From Amphiscolops sp. MND2022 (lineage: Eukaryota): a stretch of 64,000 nt of DNA. Under the pieces are notes generated by a model. That model was not told the origin of the DNA. It saw only the letters and a program-made list of their open reading frames with translations, and did not search any database. Shown here in pieces: positions 13,014 to 25,298 of the stretch. A program made the position numbers and the translations under genes. The DNA is taken from the NCBI GenBank assembly GCA_964187785.1, contig OZ076413.1, positions 62,992,001 to 63,056,000 of the forward strand, written 5' to 3'. The first letter of the stretch is position 1. The number at the start of each line of letters is the position of its first letter.

Positions 13014-16000
13014 TAATAAAGCCACGCCTTCTTACAACAAAACCACAAAAACAACGCTCAGCCGATGACTGGCAGCATCCGCCGAGCCCCAAACCTATAA
13101 AAAACACAACCTACAATCATAACTTGACAAACAAAAGTAACTCTCCGACTGCAAACACTCAAATTACACCACCCGACCACCTTCAAGAGGATCTTTATGA
13201 CTTACGCAAAGATGCCCCAGATAATTATCTACTACGATCCATGTTTGAACCTGAAACTGAAACCGACACACAAAATCAACAACCCACAATCTCGCGACCT
13301 CAAGAAACACAAACTGACCAATTAAAAGCACAATCCACATCGACAACCCAAACTGACGATGACACTACATCGGGATTAACCAACACTCTCTTCAGTGCGT
13401 CTCCTGGAAAACAACCCCTCCTTGATGCCGACGTTTTTAATCACCTCACAACAGACGAAGGTAATAACGTAGCATATCTAAACCTTTCCTCAAACCTTAC
13501 CCTCAAAAAGAAGCGTGATATGTACTATTTCCCAATGGATTTCGAGAAATTAACTCTGGATGGACTCATTGATACTGGCGCCCTTACAAGCGCCATTTCA
13601 GAAAAGGATCTCAACAAAATAAAACTCCTTTCAAACGAAGCCATAAAAGATACTGGTCCAGCACCCAATTTTCAAATCATGGTGGCAAATGGTCAACTTG
13701 AGCGACCCATCGGCACCGTCTTACTTCAATTTGAAGTAGCAGACTTCCAATTTCAAGAGGACTTCATTGTCATGAAGGTACTACCCAACCCATTAATCGG
13801 CCTCTGTTTCTTACAAAGACACAATGCCATGTTTGACATTCGTCAAGGGATTATTACTTTCCCCTACCTGTCGATGCAATCACGACCAGACCACACAACA
13901 AATACCCGAACGACAACACCCCTTCTAACAGAAACTTCATACACCCTACAACGTGGAGAAGTCCTTGCAATCTCCAGCAAAATGCCACATCTGATAGATC
14001 TTAATGCCACAAGTATTGTCGTTCCGTCGTCACATATGGAAGATCACGAAAGTATTTTCATTACATCTTCCCTGTGTACGGTTATTAACAATGCAGTGGG
14101 CTACCAAGTGATCAATTTTTCGGATATGCCTCACACCCTTCCTATAGATACACACATGACAGACTTCCGAATTCTTACGCCCGAACAGATTAAACACATC
14201 AAACCTGTTGACCCATCAACCTTCACATTCATGATGCATCAACACATGGAAAACACGTATCTATACCTCAACCAATTGATGAAAACAAATCACTCATCGG
14301 ACGAACAAGAAACTTACTGGTTACCAACGCCTGAAGAACCTGTGGATCCAGATACATACACTCCAATAAAACAACGCATATATGATGAAGTACTTGAACT
14401 CAAACAGCTAGAACAATTAAACCCAAACGATAAAGACGAGTCAAGAATGAAATTTCTCAGTCACTTTGACTGGACGGACACTACCCTAAGCCCGTTCGAA
14501 AAACAACACATAGAAGATATTCTGGTACAATATCATGACATCTTCGCAAGACATCGTTTCGATATAGGTACCAATAGAGAATTCAAGGTCAAACTGACTC
14601 CAAATGATGACAGACCAGCCTACAGTCAAAGTCTTCCTACACCCATCAACCTCAAGGACGACATAACCGTTGAACTGGCCCTTCTTCATCGTTATGGAAT
14701 CACCACGACCCTACCGTTCTCTAAATACGCAAGCCCGGTTTTTGCCCAGAGGAAACCAAACGGACGCCTTCGACTTTTGGTGGATCTCCGCAAAATCAAC
14801 AACCTCATCACTCAGGACTACGTAAACAATAATCGACCAGTTAGCACTCTGTCAGACGCGGCACAGCATATGGCCGGCAAGAAACTTTTTTGCAAACTTG
14901 ATTGCTCTCAAGCATATCACTGCTTGCAAATGGCAGACTACCAGTCCATACAGATGCTAGCCTTTAATTTCGCGAGTCGAACATTTGCATATCGCCGCCT
15001 TGCACAAGGACTCAGCCGATCACTGTCTGCTTTCTCATCGTTCATGAGAGAATATTTGGATAAGGCAATCAAAGCTGATCAGTGCGCTCAATATGTCGAT
15101 GACATCGGCATCGCTGCGAATGATTCTACCCAGCTTTGCATCAACATCAAAACAGTCTTTGAATGCATACGCAAAGCAGTACTCAAACTTACGATGGCCA
15201 AATGCCATTTTGGAGTCAAACAAGTTGGCTTCTTGGGTCGGACAATTACCCCAGAAGGAGTCTCTCCACAAACCGAAAAAGTAAAACAATTCCTCCAAAA
15301 ACTCAAATTTCCGAAATCCAAAAAAGCACTCCAAAGATATATTGGGTTTCTCAACTACTATAGACACTAGATCCCTCGGTTATCAGAGAAACTAACCCCC
15401 TTTTTCAAACTGCTCAAACAAACATCACAATTCTCCATCCCGGATACAATTCTCGAAGCATTCAAAAGCCTCAACCAGCAACTGGAACAATCATGCAAAC
15501 TTGCTCTTAAACAACCAATTAAAAACAAACAACTCATTTTGATGACCGACGCTAGCTTTACAGCGGCAGGATATGCCATCATGATTGAGGATGATCCTGA
15601 CCAAAAGCTCCAAACTAGAAAGAAAACCTATGCTCCAATAGCCTTTGGTTCAAAAACTTTAAATCCATCCCAATTGAAAATGTCCATATACGCAAAAGAG
15701 TTCCTAGCAATCTACTTTGCGTTTTCTGAATTTGGACACTTAATGTGGGGCAGCGTTTTTCCGGTTATCGTCTTCACAGATAACAGATCTGTAACACGCT
15801 TTTTCCAAACCAAAATCATCCCCCGGCTCTTTGGAATGCATGCGACTACGTCCTCCAATACAATTTTGTCATTGCACATGTTGCCGGAGCCATGAATACG
15901 GCTGCAGACTTCCTATCGCGAGCTGAATCGAACCCCACAGAAAAACTTGAGATGAACATCCACAATGATGTCAATACAAAAGCAATTGAAGTTAACATAC

Positions 16001-18000
16001 AGTCCACTGGGGTCGCCGAAGAGGAACTCCTATATATACTCCCGGTGAATACCCCACAGAACAACAATTATGGGAGGAAAAAGAAACAATTCGTCAATCA
16101 GCAAAAACTGAAACCCACAATGAACCAGAAAATGAAGTGTTTGAACTAAAAACTTTCCACAAACCCACAGAGGGAACCATCAACTATAGTGAGGGCCACT
16201 TCAAAGACAATGCAAAAATCAGATTAGAACAAAACAATGATGAAGTTCTACGTAATTTGAGAGCCAAAATTGAAGGCGAACCCTACGACCAAACACAATT
16301 TACACAAGACTACCGATACAAATATTACTTACAAAACATAATGAGGATTGAAATAAAACAAGATGTCCTAACAAGAAGATACTACAACGACACTGGGATG
16401 ATAACCCATTATCAAATTCTTTTACCCAAACAACTCCTGGACGAATTCCTTCATGCTCTTCATGGTCATAACGCAAATCATCCGGGAATAACCAAAATGA
16501 TCCAAGAAGCACGACAAAAATACTACTACCCGTGCATCGCCAAATAAATCCGGAATTGGGTAACAAAATGTCAAATGTGCATCCAAAACAAACGGATCAA
16601 CAATGACTTACTTAAAACGGAACTACTAAACTGCCCCGAATGGGATTGGGGCCCAGAGGACATCCAACAAATGGACATCCTTCCCAATCTCCCACCAAGC
16701 GGAGGATATGACAACATCATCACTGCAATAGACGTGTTCTCACGCTATTTGTTTGCCTATCCAGTCACGAGAATCACTGCTCCAGCAGTGGCAAAAATCA
16801 TTATGGACATTTTGTGTAAACACACATACCTACCCACAACAATCATTACCGACATGGGCACTCAATTTAATTGTCAGGTTACAAAAGAAGTAGCCGCAGT
16901 CCTGAACATAGAACTGAAACATGCAACGACAAAACACGCCCAAACAATCGGACTGTTAGAACGTACTCATGCATCAGTCAAAGCACACCTTAAGGCAGCC
17001 ACTGGAGAATTTAGAAACAATTGGCACAAGTTTCTACCACTGGCAGTCTTAAACCATAATACAACCTACCATGCAACACTAGGATGTGAACCTACACGGG
17101 TCTTCCATGGACGGATTCCGCACAACATACTGGACTTCAAACTTGGATACAACCCAAATCCTCGCTTCCAACCCCAAACTGAGGTAGCAGAGGAAGTACA
17201 AAGAAGGATTGCTTTACTTCACGATCAGACAAAGAAAAACATCATGCAATCTTACCTTAAATATAAAGCATATTACGACAAGAAAGCAAAGGCATCACCT
17301 CTAACGACAGAGGATTATTGCTTTATCCTGAATCCAAAGGCCGACACACAAGCAACGAAGATACCTTTTCGTGATTTTCGTTGGGCTGGTCCCTATAAAG
17401 TTGAAAAGGTCCTTCCGAACAATAATTATATTGTTCGTAGATTGGGCACGAATAAAACCCAACTACTCCACCGCATTCGACTACGAAAATACACTCCACA
17501 AGCTCCTCTCGCCGATAATTTTGTCAGAGAAACTGACTGGCACAAAGAGGATACACTTGTCTCTCAAAATGATTTATATGCCCATGCTTGGGACAGTAAT
17601 TTTGGCAGCAGTCCATTCGATCCTGACCACGAAGTCTGATCAACAGGAAGACACAGTGGAATATGAACCTACTCCTCAACCAAAAATATACCACCCTCCC
17701 GCCCTCAATAAATCAAAAAATAGTGGGGGGATCCCAGCAGGACAACCTGCTGCGAACGACAAAGAACCTCAAATAACCGAAAAAACATCTTCAGAAAATG
17801 AAATTCATGATCCCATTCCAGAAACTTCCAGAAATCCAGAAAATATTCATGAAATCCCTACCCAAAATTCCCCAAAAACTCCTGAAATCAACCCAGAAAA
17901 TGACGCACAAGAAGCTGAAGAAACTGTTAACACAAGAGGCGAAAAATATAACCTACGCCGAAACCCTAACCCAAACTACTCAGACTCATACAGATATTAA
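13010..18000 (+). pseudogene. pol: Pol polyprotein: aspartic protease, RT, RNase H, integrase; a few stops and frameshifts
   Basis: LIDTGA; YVDD; TDAS/TDNRS; HHCC Zn region (HGHNANH...C..C); integrase DILP, TDMG, ERTH. Lesions near 15368, 15895, 16140, 16545 and 17637. Confidence 0.93.
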
Positions 18001-18277
18001 AAGACAAATCAAGAAGACTCAAAGACTTGCATTATATACTATGGTCTCCTTCGTCAATCTTTTTCTCATGTTTTTCTTCATTCTTTATCTCACTTCCAAT
18101 CAAAATTGGAAGCGATCATTTTTTTTTCCTCTCCAAACTGGAGGCAGACATCAAATGAGGCGTAATCAGCCAAAAAAGAGAAAATAACTATACAAACAAA
18201 ACAGACATCAAATCAGCAAAAATATAGAAAATTCAAGAGTCAAGATGAAACATCAATGATCAATTCCAGCCAATTCT

Positions 18278-21200
18278 TCATTTCTTATCTCCTTCTTTCT
18301 TTCGGACAACTAACTTCTTGACCCCAACGGGCTGGGACTCGGGCAAGATTGGCACGTCCACTCTATAACGTGGGCTTGAAAGGGCAGATGTTGCAAGCAC
18401 AGGAGATGTTCGGGTGATTTTGCCTTTTGCCCCAGTTGACTCTGGCCCGCTCTGAATTGGAGTAGGAGCAACAAATTTGGAAGGCTTAGGGGTCTTAGGA
18501 GATTGAATGGGGCTTGAACTAGCTGATTGCGGCTTATCATGAAGCGCAACCCAAGATTTCTCTTCGTCAGAAATACTACAAGTTTACCGAGAATCGAAAT
18601 GGTTAGATATACGTCAAAGCGGGATGAACATGACGAAGTAAGGTCCCAGACTGACAGATAAGCGTCTTCTAATAGAGCCCGCCCTAATAAAACAGAAGAA
18701 ACAGTTCTCGGGTTGGCATACAATTCAGACACATTGGGTACCCCAACTGAAGAAGACTGAATGCTCCTAACGCAGGACTGGAATTCACGGGAATCAGATG
18801 CAAGTTCGGGTAGCTCAATAGTAATAACAGAAGGGATAACGTGGACCCCTGATAAACTCAGAGTACATAGCTTGAAGACTGTAAATAAATTCTCCCGACA
18901 CTGAAGCTCATTATGATTTGACATAAAGCTGATCCATCCTCCCTCATAAGAAATGCTGTGAGATCTGAATTTCTCCACAAACGCTCCATACTCACTCAGG
19001 ACCAATGGTTTAGTAGTGTGGGATATCCATTTTTGCTGCACCAAGTAGTCGCAAAGTAACTCGGACTCATGTACATAGTCCACCTCTTCCCCGTACCGGA
19101 TAACGGCTTCATCGAACACAGAGAATCCTCGGACAAGCTTAGACTTAGAGACTTTATGCTTCAGAAGAAGGATGCAGAGGTTTTTATAAAAACATAGAGC
19201 TTGTTCGACAAATCGAGTGGGGGTGGGCAAATCACTTTCTGCAACAAGCTTGGCAAAGTCCTTGTTTTGCATGAAATCTGCAACAGACTTTATAGGAAGA
19301 TCTGGAGAAGAGAGATCAACGGACATAAAATGATCCCAATGGGAGATGTCGCCAAGAAAAGAGTCAGATAATATAAACTGCAGCTGACTGTAAGCAAATG
19401 TAGTAAAGGCGCTGTATACTCGGAAACCTTCAGGAGGGGAAACTCCATTCACCCCTTTGAAAGCAGAGTTGTCTTAACACAAGTAATGATTAAAAACAAC
19501 CTGAGTAATACTACCAAATACCGACCAAAATAAGCGATGGTGAAATGAGAACTAACAGTGTAAAAGCACATTTCGGATCAAGAACAGTTTGGCTGCGTAC
19601 GACTTGTCCTTTAAGAAAGTTTCATCAATACTCTTGGGCTGGAAAGGAAATAAAACTTGAGAACCAAATGGAAGAGAGAAAGCAAAATGAAAGAAATAAA
19701 TTAATAATTACCTCTTTCAAGTGGTATTTAAATGCCTTCAATCGGTCGGCGAGTCGAAGATGGGAAATGACCTTGCTCCAATTTTGGCACAACTGATCAA
19801 GAACCACAACTGATTCAACAAGGCTGTACTTGAGGTTGGAGATGGCCTAAAACAACAATGTTACAACGATACTATGATAACGCATTAGAATACGGAATAA
19901 AATCTGCAATTCCGACGCATTATGCGGTTTTCCGAACTCCGCATAGGATGCCAACCAGTATACAGCATAGACAATGCTGCTTATGCGGTTTACAGAAACA
20001 AACAGCATAAGGAGAAATCGGCATGCGGTTTTCACGAGAAAACAGCATGAAAAGAACAAATTATATCGTCTATACCGTTCTCAGGAGAAAACGGCATAGA
20101 ATGATGCATTATGCGGTTTTCAGAAGAAAACAGCATAAGAAGAAACCAGTATGCGGTTTTCAGAAGAAAACAGCACAAGAAGAAACCAGTATGCGGCTTT
20201 CAGAAGAAAACCGCATAAGAAGAAACCAGTATGCGGCTTTCAGAAGAAAACAGCATAAGAAGAAACCAGTATGCGGTTTTCAGAAGAAAACAGCATAAGA
20301 AGAAACCGGTATGCGGCTTTCAGAAGAAAACAGCATAAAAAGAAATCATTATGCGGTTTTTGAAAGAAATCTGCATAGAAGAAATCATTATGCGGTTTTA
20401 AAAGAAATCTGCATAAAAGAAATCACTATGCGGTATTTGGAAGAAATCAGCATAAATGAAACCAGTATGTCGCTTTTGCGATAAATCAGCATAAAAGGTG
20501 GCTTACACTATGCAAAAGAAAATGATATGCGGCAAAGCATAAGAAAAAACCGCATGAAGGAATACATTAAAAGCAAACTAGCTGCAGGACGAGAGCGCTT
20601 AAATCTTCATAAAATTTGTCCGTTCGTTATGCTGCATTATGCGGTTTTCAGAGTGGAGCAAAGAAACAAAATATACTATATTATATGGATCCCCTGACAG
20701 CGATAAAACGACTGAATTCGTATTATGAATGGCCTACAACGAGGAATTGTTGCAAAAAAATCCATGAAACAAAGCTCAAAGAGGTAATCAAGAAAATTAC
20801 TTTACGGAGCTCAGGAAGGTCGTTCAACCAAGTAGACCCAGAAGCCGTTCGCAACTTCATTAGAAGAAACTGTAGTACGCTGTGATAGTCGTAACGGTCC
20901 AGAATCTTGACAGTGGGTCCCGCTCACAACTTGTCCAAATCTTCATGTGAAAAGGTAGGCACCACACCACACACACCGAAGGCACTTGAACGGATTCAGT
21001 ATTGATTGTGAATAAAGTATTGAGGAGTGAATAAAGAGGAGGTACACTAGGGAATGCAGCAAGAAAAGAGCTGACGATCTGAAGAACTTCTTTTGCAATC
21101 ATGAGACTGTTTGGGGTTTCGGCTAGTAAAAGATTGTTGAATACGTTTCCAGACCAGAATGTTAGGACCACTTGGGAATTATCTTGATTGGTGTGAAGTT

Positions 21201-22606
21201 GGAGTGAGAATTGACCCGACTGACCAATTGCAGTAACTGAGTATGACAGTGAAGTGCGGAACATGTGGACCAAGATTCCCTGTGAATGAAAATGTGGTTA
21301 ACTAAAAGAATGGTGATTAGAAAGACAACCAAAATGATAGGAAAATACTTACAAAAACACGGTCTTTATCCCAGCTGTATTGAGGCACCTTAATTGGTCC
21401 TCTAACTTCGAGCCCGAGGTAGCCCCAGAGAGAAGTGAGAGTATCTAAGTCACCGCCATACTTCAACCCAGCCAACAGAATTCGTATTTGGCAGCAAATT
21501 GTGGTGCTTGGGTCTAATTCATCAGTCGGCACAGGAAGTTTGCGTTGTCCGGCGAGCAGGTAACATTCCTCGAGAATAGGTGCAATGGGAATTTCCAGTT
21601 CAGCTTTCTCTCGTGCTGCAGCTAAATCAGCCCCAGTGAGCTCCAACTCATTTTTTCCGTAAAGGGGCATTCCAGGAGTCTCCATCCTGATGCGGTGTTC
21701 ACGGACTAAATGGGCGTCAGTTCTATAATGGGAGAGAATTTCAAAGGAACCTTTGGTCTTCAATGACAACTCAATGTGGCAAACTCTGCAACGCCACTTA
21801 TGAGGGTTGTTGGCGGAATCAATTGGTGCAGTTACGAAGAACTTGAAGATGGGATGTTTCCTGTACATACTCCCGGTCAACTGCATTCTTGGTAGTGGTC
21901 GCTTGGAAGCTGAGTGTTGATCACCTGGATTGATGCGGGCTGTACTTTTTTCCCTTACCCTTGTCTGCCTTCTCCTTTTGCGAGAATGTCCTGCGGGGGG
22001 TGTGATTTGACCTCCTGTTGTACTAGCGGGCGACACCATCAAGGATGATTCCATATTTGTCACACTGGTTTTCGTCCCTGTTGAGGTCCCAGGAGCCTGC
22101 GACCCAGGCATTTCAAATTGTTTTATCAACCTTGAACTGATAGAGGTGGTTGATTCAGAAATCATAGTTTGCATGCGTTGCTCTAACGCCAACAAGTCCA
22201 GACTGGTAACATAGATACTTGAGGAAGTAAATTGCCCAGCTTCTGTTGCAGTGGATGTTTGAGCAATTGGAGATATAGCTCTTGGAGTAATGGCCTGTGG
22301 GGTCCGATTGAGAAAACTGGAAAATGGGGAAAGGCAAGTTTTACCCATTTGTGGAATCGACTCTGATGATCCACTTGGTCCGACGTCACGGTCGTTCTTC
22401 TCCGAATGACCTGTAGCATGTAAGAAAGACTGTTCAATATCATCTTTAGATTGGGGATTAGCGTCACCCCGTAAAGCAGATGCAAGAAAGCTAACTGTGG
22501 TTTCTGTACGGGGCCCATCGGAACTTGAAACATGGATGCTATTATCGAAGGAATGCCTTATGCCGTCTAAATCGACAAAAGATTTTGAACCTTCATTGCA
22601 CTCCAT
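18278..22606 (-). CDS. Antisense multi-exon accessory gene: Zn-finger protein, possibly from an inactive hAT transposase (~1000 aa, about 2 frameshifts)
   Basis: Four frame-preserving GT-AG introns: 21352-21280, 20800-19847, 19711-19639, 19556-19473. WRCRVC...HY...H finger in the first exon. Confidence 0.75.
19921..20650. repeat. Array of TATGCGG-N14-C[A/C]GCATA motifs with a ~40-bp tandem core (about 20109-20340), inside an intron of the antisense gene
   Basis: Unit TATGCGG(T/C)TTTCAGAAGAAAACAGCATAAGAAGAAACCAG. Confidence 0.85.
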
Positions 22607-23549
22607 TTGATGATCCGGTGTCGAATGATGAGTTGGATTACCAAAGGGAAGTAAAGGGGTTAAATCGACAGTGGGAGACGGGTCCTGTGCCGAGGAAGCA
22701 GAAGGGAGTGTGGCTGAAACAAATACGAAATCAGCAAATATAGAAAATTGGAACAGCCAAAGAATTGACTGTTTAAGATAGTGGGAGCCTGATCAACTCT
22801 CACTCTAAACAAACAGGACTAGCTAGTTCGAAAAAGTATTCACGACTTGAAACAGGAAATCCGGAATTCAACCTGCGAATAGTTGGTGAAAACTGAAATT
22901 CGTTCAACAATCGAAACGGGATGTTCTAAAGAACCTTCGATGATTACTTGAAATCAAATCTTCGCTCCAATTTAATTGAATTGGACGAAAAGAAATTCGA
23001 AATTACAGACCTTGTGTTGGCTCTTCGCTTCTTTCTTGGCCAGCTTCTTTCCCTTCCATTGTAAAGTAGATTCCCACAGAATAGAAATTGAAATCCCTTT
23101 GTGGTAGATCCAAATTTCAAAAATGAGATGCAGCAAGACTAGAGAAGTGATTGTAACTAGTAAATGAAGAAGAATGGAGATTTGGAAAAGACGAAACCGT
23201 AAATGAATCTGACAAACTATGGAAACTGAAAGAAATAAAGGAAGTAGAAGAAGATTGGTGTGAAAACTCTCGAGGGACTGTTAAACGACGAAGGAAAGAC
23301 TATGAAAACATAAAGACTATGAAAAGACAAAGACTTGGAGACTTGAGACAGTATGTAAATGCAAAGAAGAAACAATCTTGGAAGGCGTGGCAAATAACAT
23401 GAAGGCAATAAAGCAAATGAATGAAGTCAATTTCACAATGCACACAATTCACATTAAATCTGATTATCTGAGAGAGTGTATGCAGCTTGGAAGTATTGCC
23501 AGTATAACCAAGTTAATATGCATGCGCTGTTAACACGCAGGAGCTGGAT

Positions 23550-23770
23550 TATGCGGAAAGTTTACAAAACAGCATAATATGATTAGGAGGTAATCACAGT
23601 TGAACAGTATATGCATTCAAGAGAATCCGGAACAACACTGCGAACAGGATGGCAACTTCACGCGGATATTGTAGTAAATCAGCATAATGGTTCATCACAT
23701 TATGCGATGAACTGCAGAAAACAGCATAATATGGTTATGCGAAAAAGAATGATGAACAGCATAATGCGAT
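23550..23770. promoter_or_regulatory. Cluster of about 4 TATGCG-N14/15-CAGCATA motifs between the divergent antisense gene and ORF3 (possible bidirectional promoter)
   Basis: Examples: TATGCGATGAACTGCAGAAAACAGCATA and TATGCGAAAAAGAATGATGAACAGCATA. Promoter role is inferred from position only. Confidence 0.45.
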
Positions 23771-24395
23771 AATAGAACTGATAAATAGAATTATGATGCA
23801 TTATGATGATTTCAGTGTGCGGCATATGTCGCGAATGGCTATTTGCAATTATATCATCAGTCATAAACTGATGAAAATACGAATCAAGTTGTTACGTCAG
23901 AAGTGAATGATGTTACAAAGGTGTGAAAACTTTCACTTTGATGAACCTGAATGAACCTATGATATATTTAATTATGAGCAATTTAAATTATTCAGACGGA
24001 ATAAGAAGAAGACAACCGAAACATAAAAGAAATTGAAACGAAAATTTCAGGATCTGATGATTGTTTATATGACATTAACAATTTTACCGGTGCTATTTCC
24101 CCCATATCCCACGATAAATTATCTGAAAACCCGGGAAATGGGTGATTCGAGATATGTTCTGATGCTATTTGTAAGAAAACCCCCGTAACACAATAAAAAC
24201 TATAAAATCTTATCATTCTGATCATAAATCTCCAAAAATTAGCCGCTTATTTTCCTCTCTCTCTTCGACAAATTCCTTGAGAATTTAAAAATCATATTGT
24301 GTTAAATATTCTTGAAACTTGACTGGAATCAAATAAACCCATAGTCAGACAATGAGAGTACACCACGAAACTCGATCCTCAATAGAACTGATTCA

Positions 24396-25298
24396 ATGAA
24401 CCCTGCATTGGACCTAATCAATATCTCAAGTAGTTCGGGGGAAGAATTCATGGTGGAGCCCCTCTCAGTGAACGATCTCGATGAAAGATTCAGATCTGCC
24501 CCATACCCTCTGACAGACATGTCCACAGCCTTTATGGGAGCAGCAGGACCAGTGTTATTCCCTAGCAGCACCGATCCACAAGCAGGAGATGGTCAACAAA
24601 TTGACACTAGGAACTCCCGTATCGAAAATGAACTGATGGACCTCAAGGATGATGTACCTAATACTTCCTCCCTGACCTTCATCGGATCATCAGAAAAAGA
24701 AGACGATCCGTTCCTTGATGCCAATTTCGCTATTGTAGATCAGGCTGATAGAAACAGCTACGGTCGACCAGTCCAAAGGGTACAACCTATGGTCAGAACC
24801 CCACGAGTAACAAGAGCAACAGTGAACCCCCCGCTCGTACCAAGTAACAGAAGCGCTTTCTCAGTGGTAATACTCGAACAAAGAAGAGCTCCAGAAATAC
24901 AAACACACCCATCTATGCAAGCTAACTATTTGCCTATGCCCGTTCCGTTTTACACCAATAATTGGAACAATATTACACATCCTCAACAAAACTTTCACGG
25001 TCAAGCTCAGATTCAACCTCAAGGGCCACCTAACGGGCCCATATTGCAGATGAACCCTCCAGTAATGCCCGAAGTGGCCGGGTTTTGTGCTGGCTGTTCC
25101 AAAACTTATGACCAAATTGCTGTCGAGACGCTCACCCATTATGTTGCGTGGTCCGAGTATCCAGACGAAACAATTCGCGATCGCAATGTGAGGTCAAGAG
25201 CATTTGTTGATGGGTTTGGAGCAGCGCTGATCTGCTTCAAAAATGCTGGACTGTCGCCGGCTCACCCGTGCGAGATGTCCGAAGTGCAACATCGGTGA
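24396..25298 (+). CDS. ORF3 of the Gypsy element, unknown function (disordered P/Q-rich N-terminus, CxxC-containing C-terminal domain), ending inside the 3' LTR
   Basis: Uninterrupted 300-aa ORF whose last ~15 codons lie in the LTR. No signal-peptide or TM pattern of an env. Confidence 0.65.
   Translation: MNPALDLINISSSSGEEFMVEPLSVNDLDERFRSAPYPLTDMSTAFMGAAGPVLFPSSTDPQAGDGQQIDTRNSRIENELMDLKDDVPNTSSLTFIGSSEKEDDPFLDANFAIVDQADRNSYGRPVQRVQPMVRTPRVTRATVNPPLVPSNRSAFSVVILEQRRAPEIQTHPSMQANYLPMPVPFYTNNWNNITHPQQNFHGQAQIQPQGPPNGPILQMNPPVMPEVAGFCAGCSKTYDQIAVETLTHYVAWSEYPDETIRDRNVRSRAFVDGFGAALICFKNAGLSPAHPCEMSEVQHR

Larger units (their letters stand above)
11347..13016 (+). pseudogene. gag: Gag polyprotein with two CCHC zinc knuckles; one frameshift near 12540
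   Basis: ATG at 11347. Capsid-like region (FHAHLRGLALKTF...RRKY). Knuckles CRYCKDEGHIAKEC and CAHCNTPGHEEPNC. Confidence 0.88.

Noticed and set aside
20109-20340. Regular ~40-bp repeats as a CRISPR array
   Set aside because: Units are contiguous tandem copies without unique spacers, no cas genes are present, and the context is eukaryotic.
23259-23930. TGTGA at 23259 (after a purine run) or 23922 as the 3' LTR start
   Set aside because: Homology with the 5' LTR begins at 25252, and the ATCAG TSD fixes the element ends at 10059 and 27155.
24396-25298. ORF3 as an env gene
   Set aside because: No signal peptide, furin site or transmembrane anchor.
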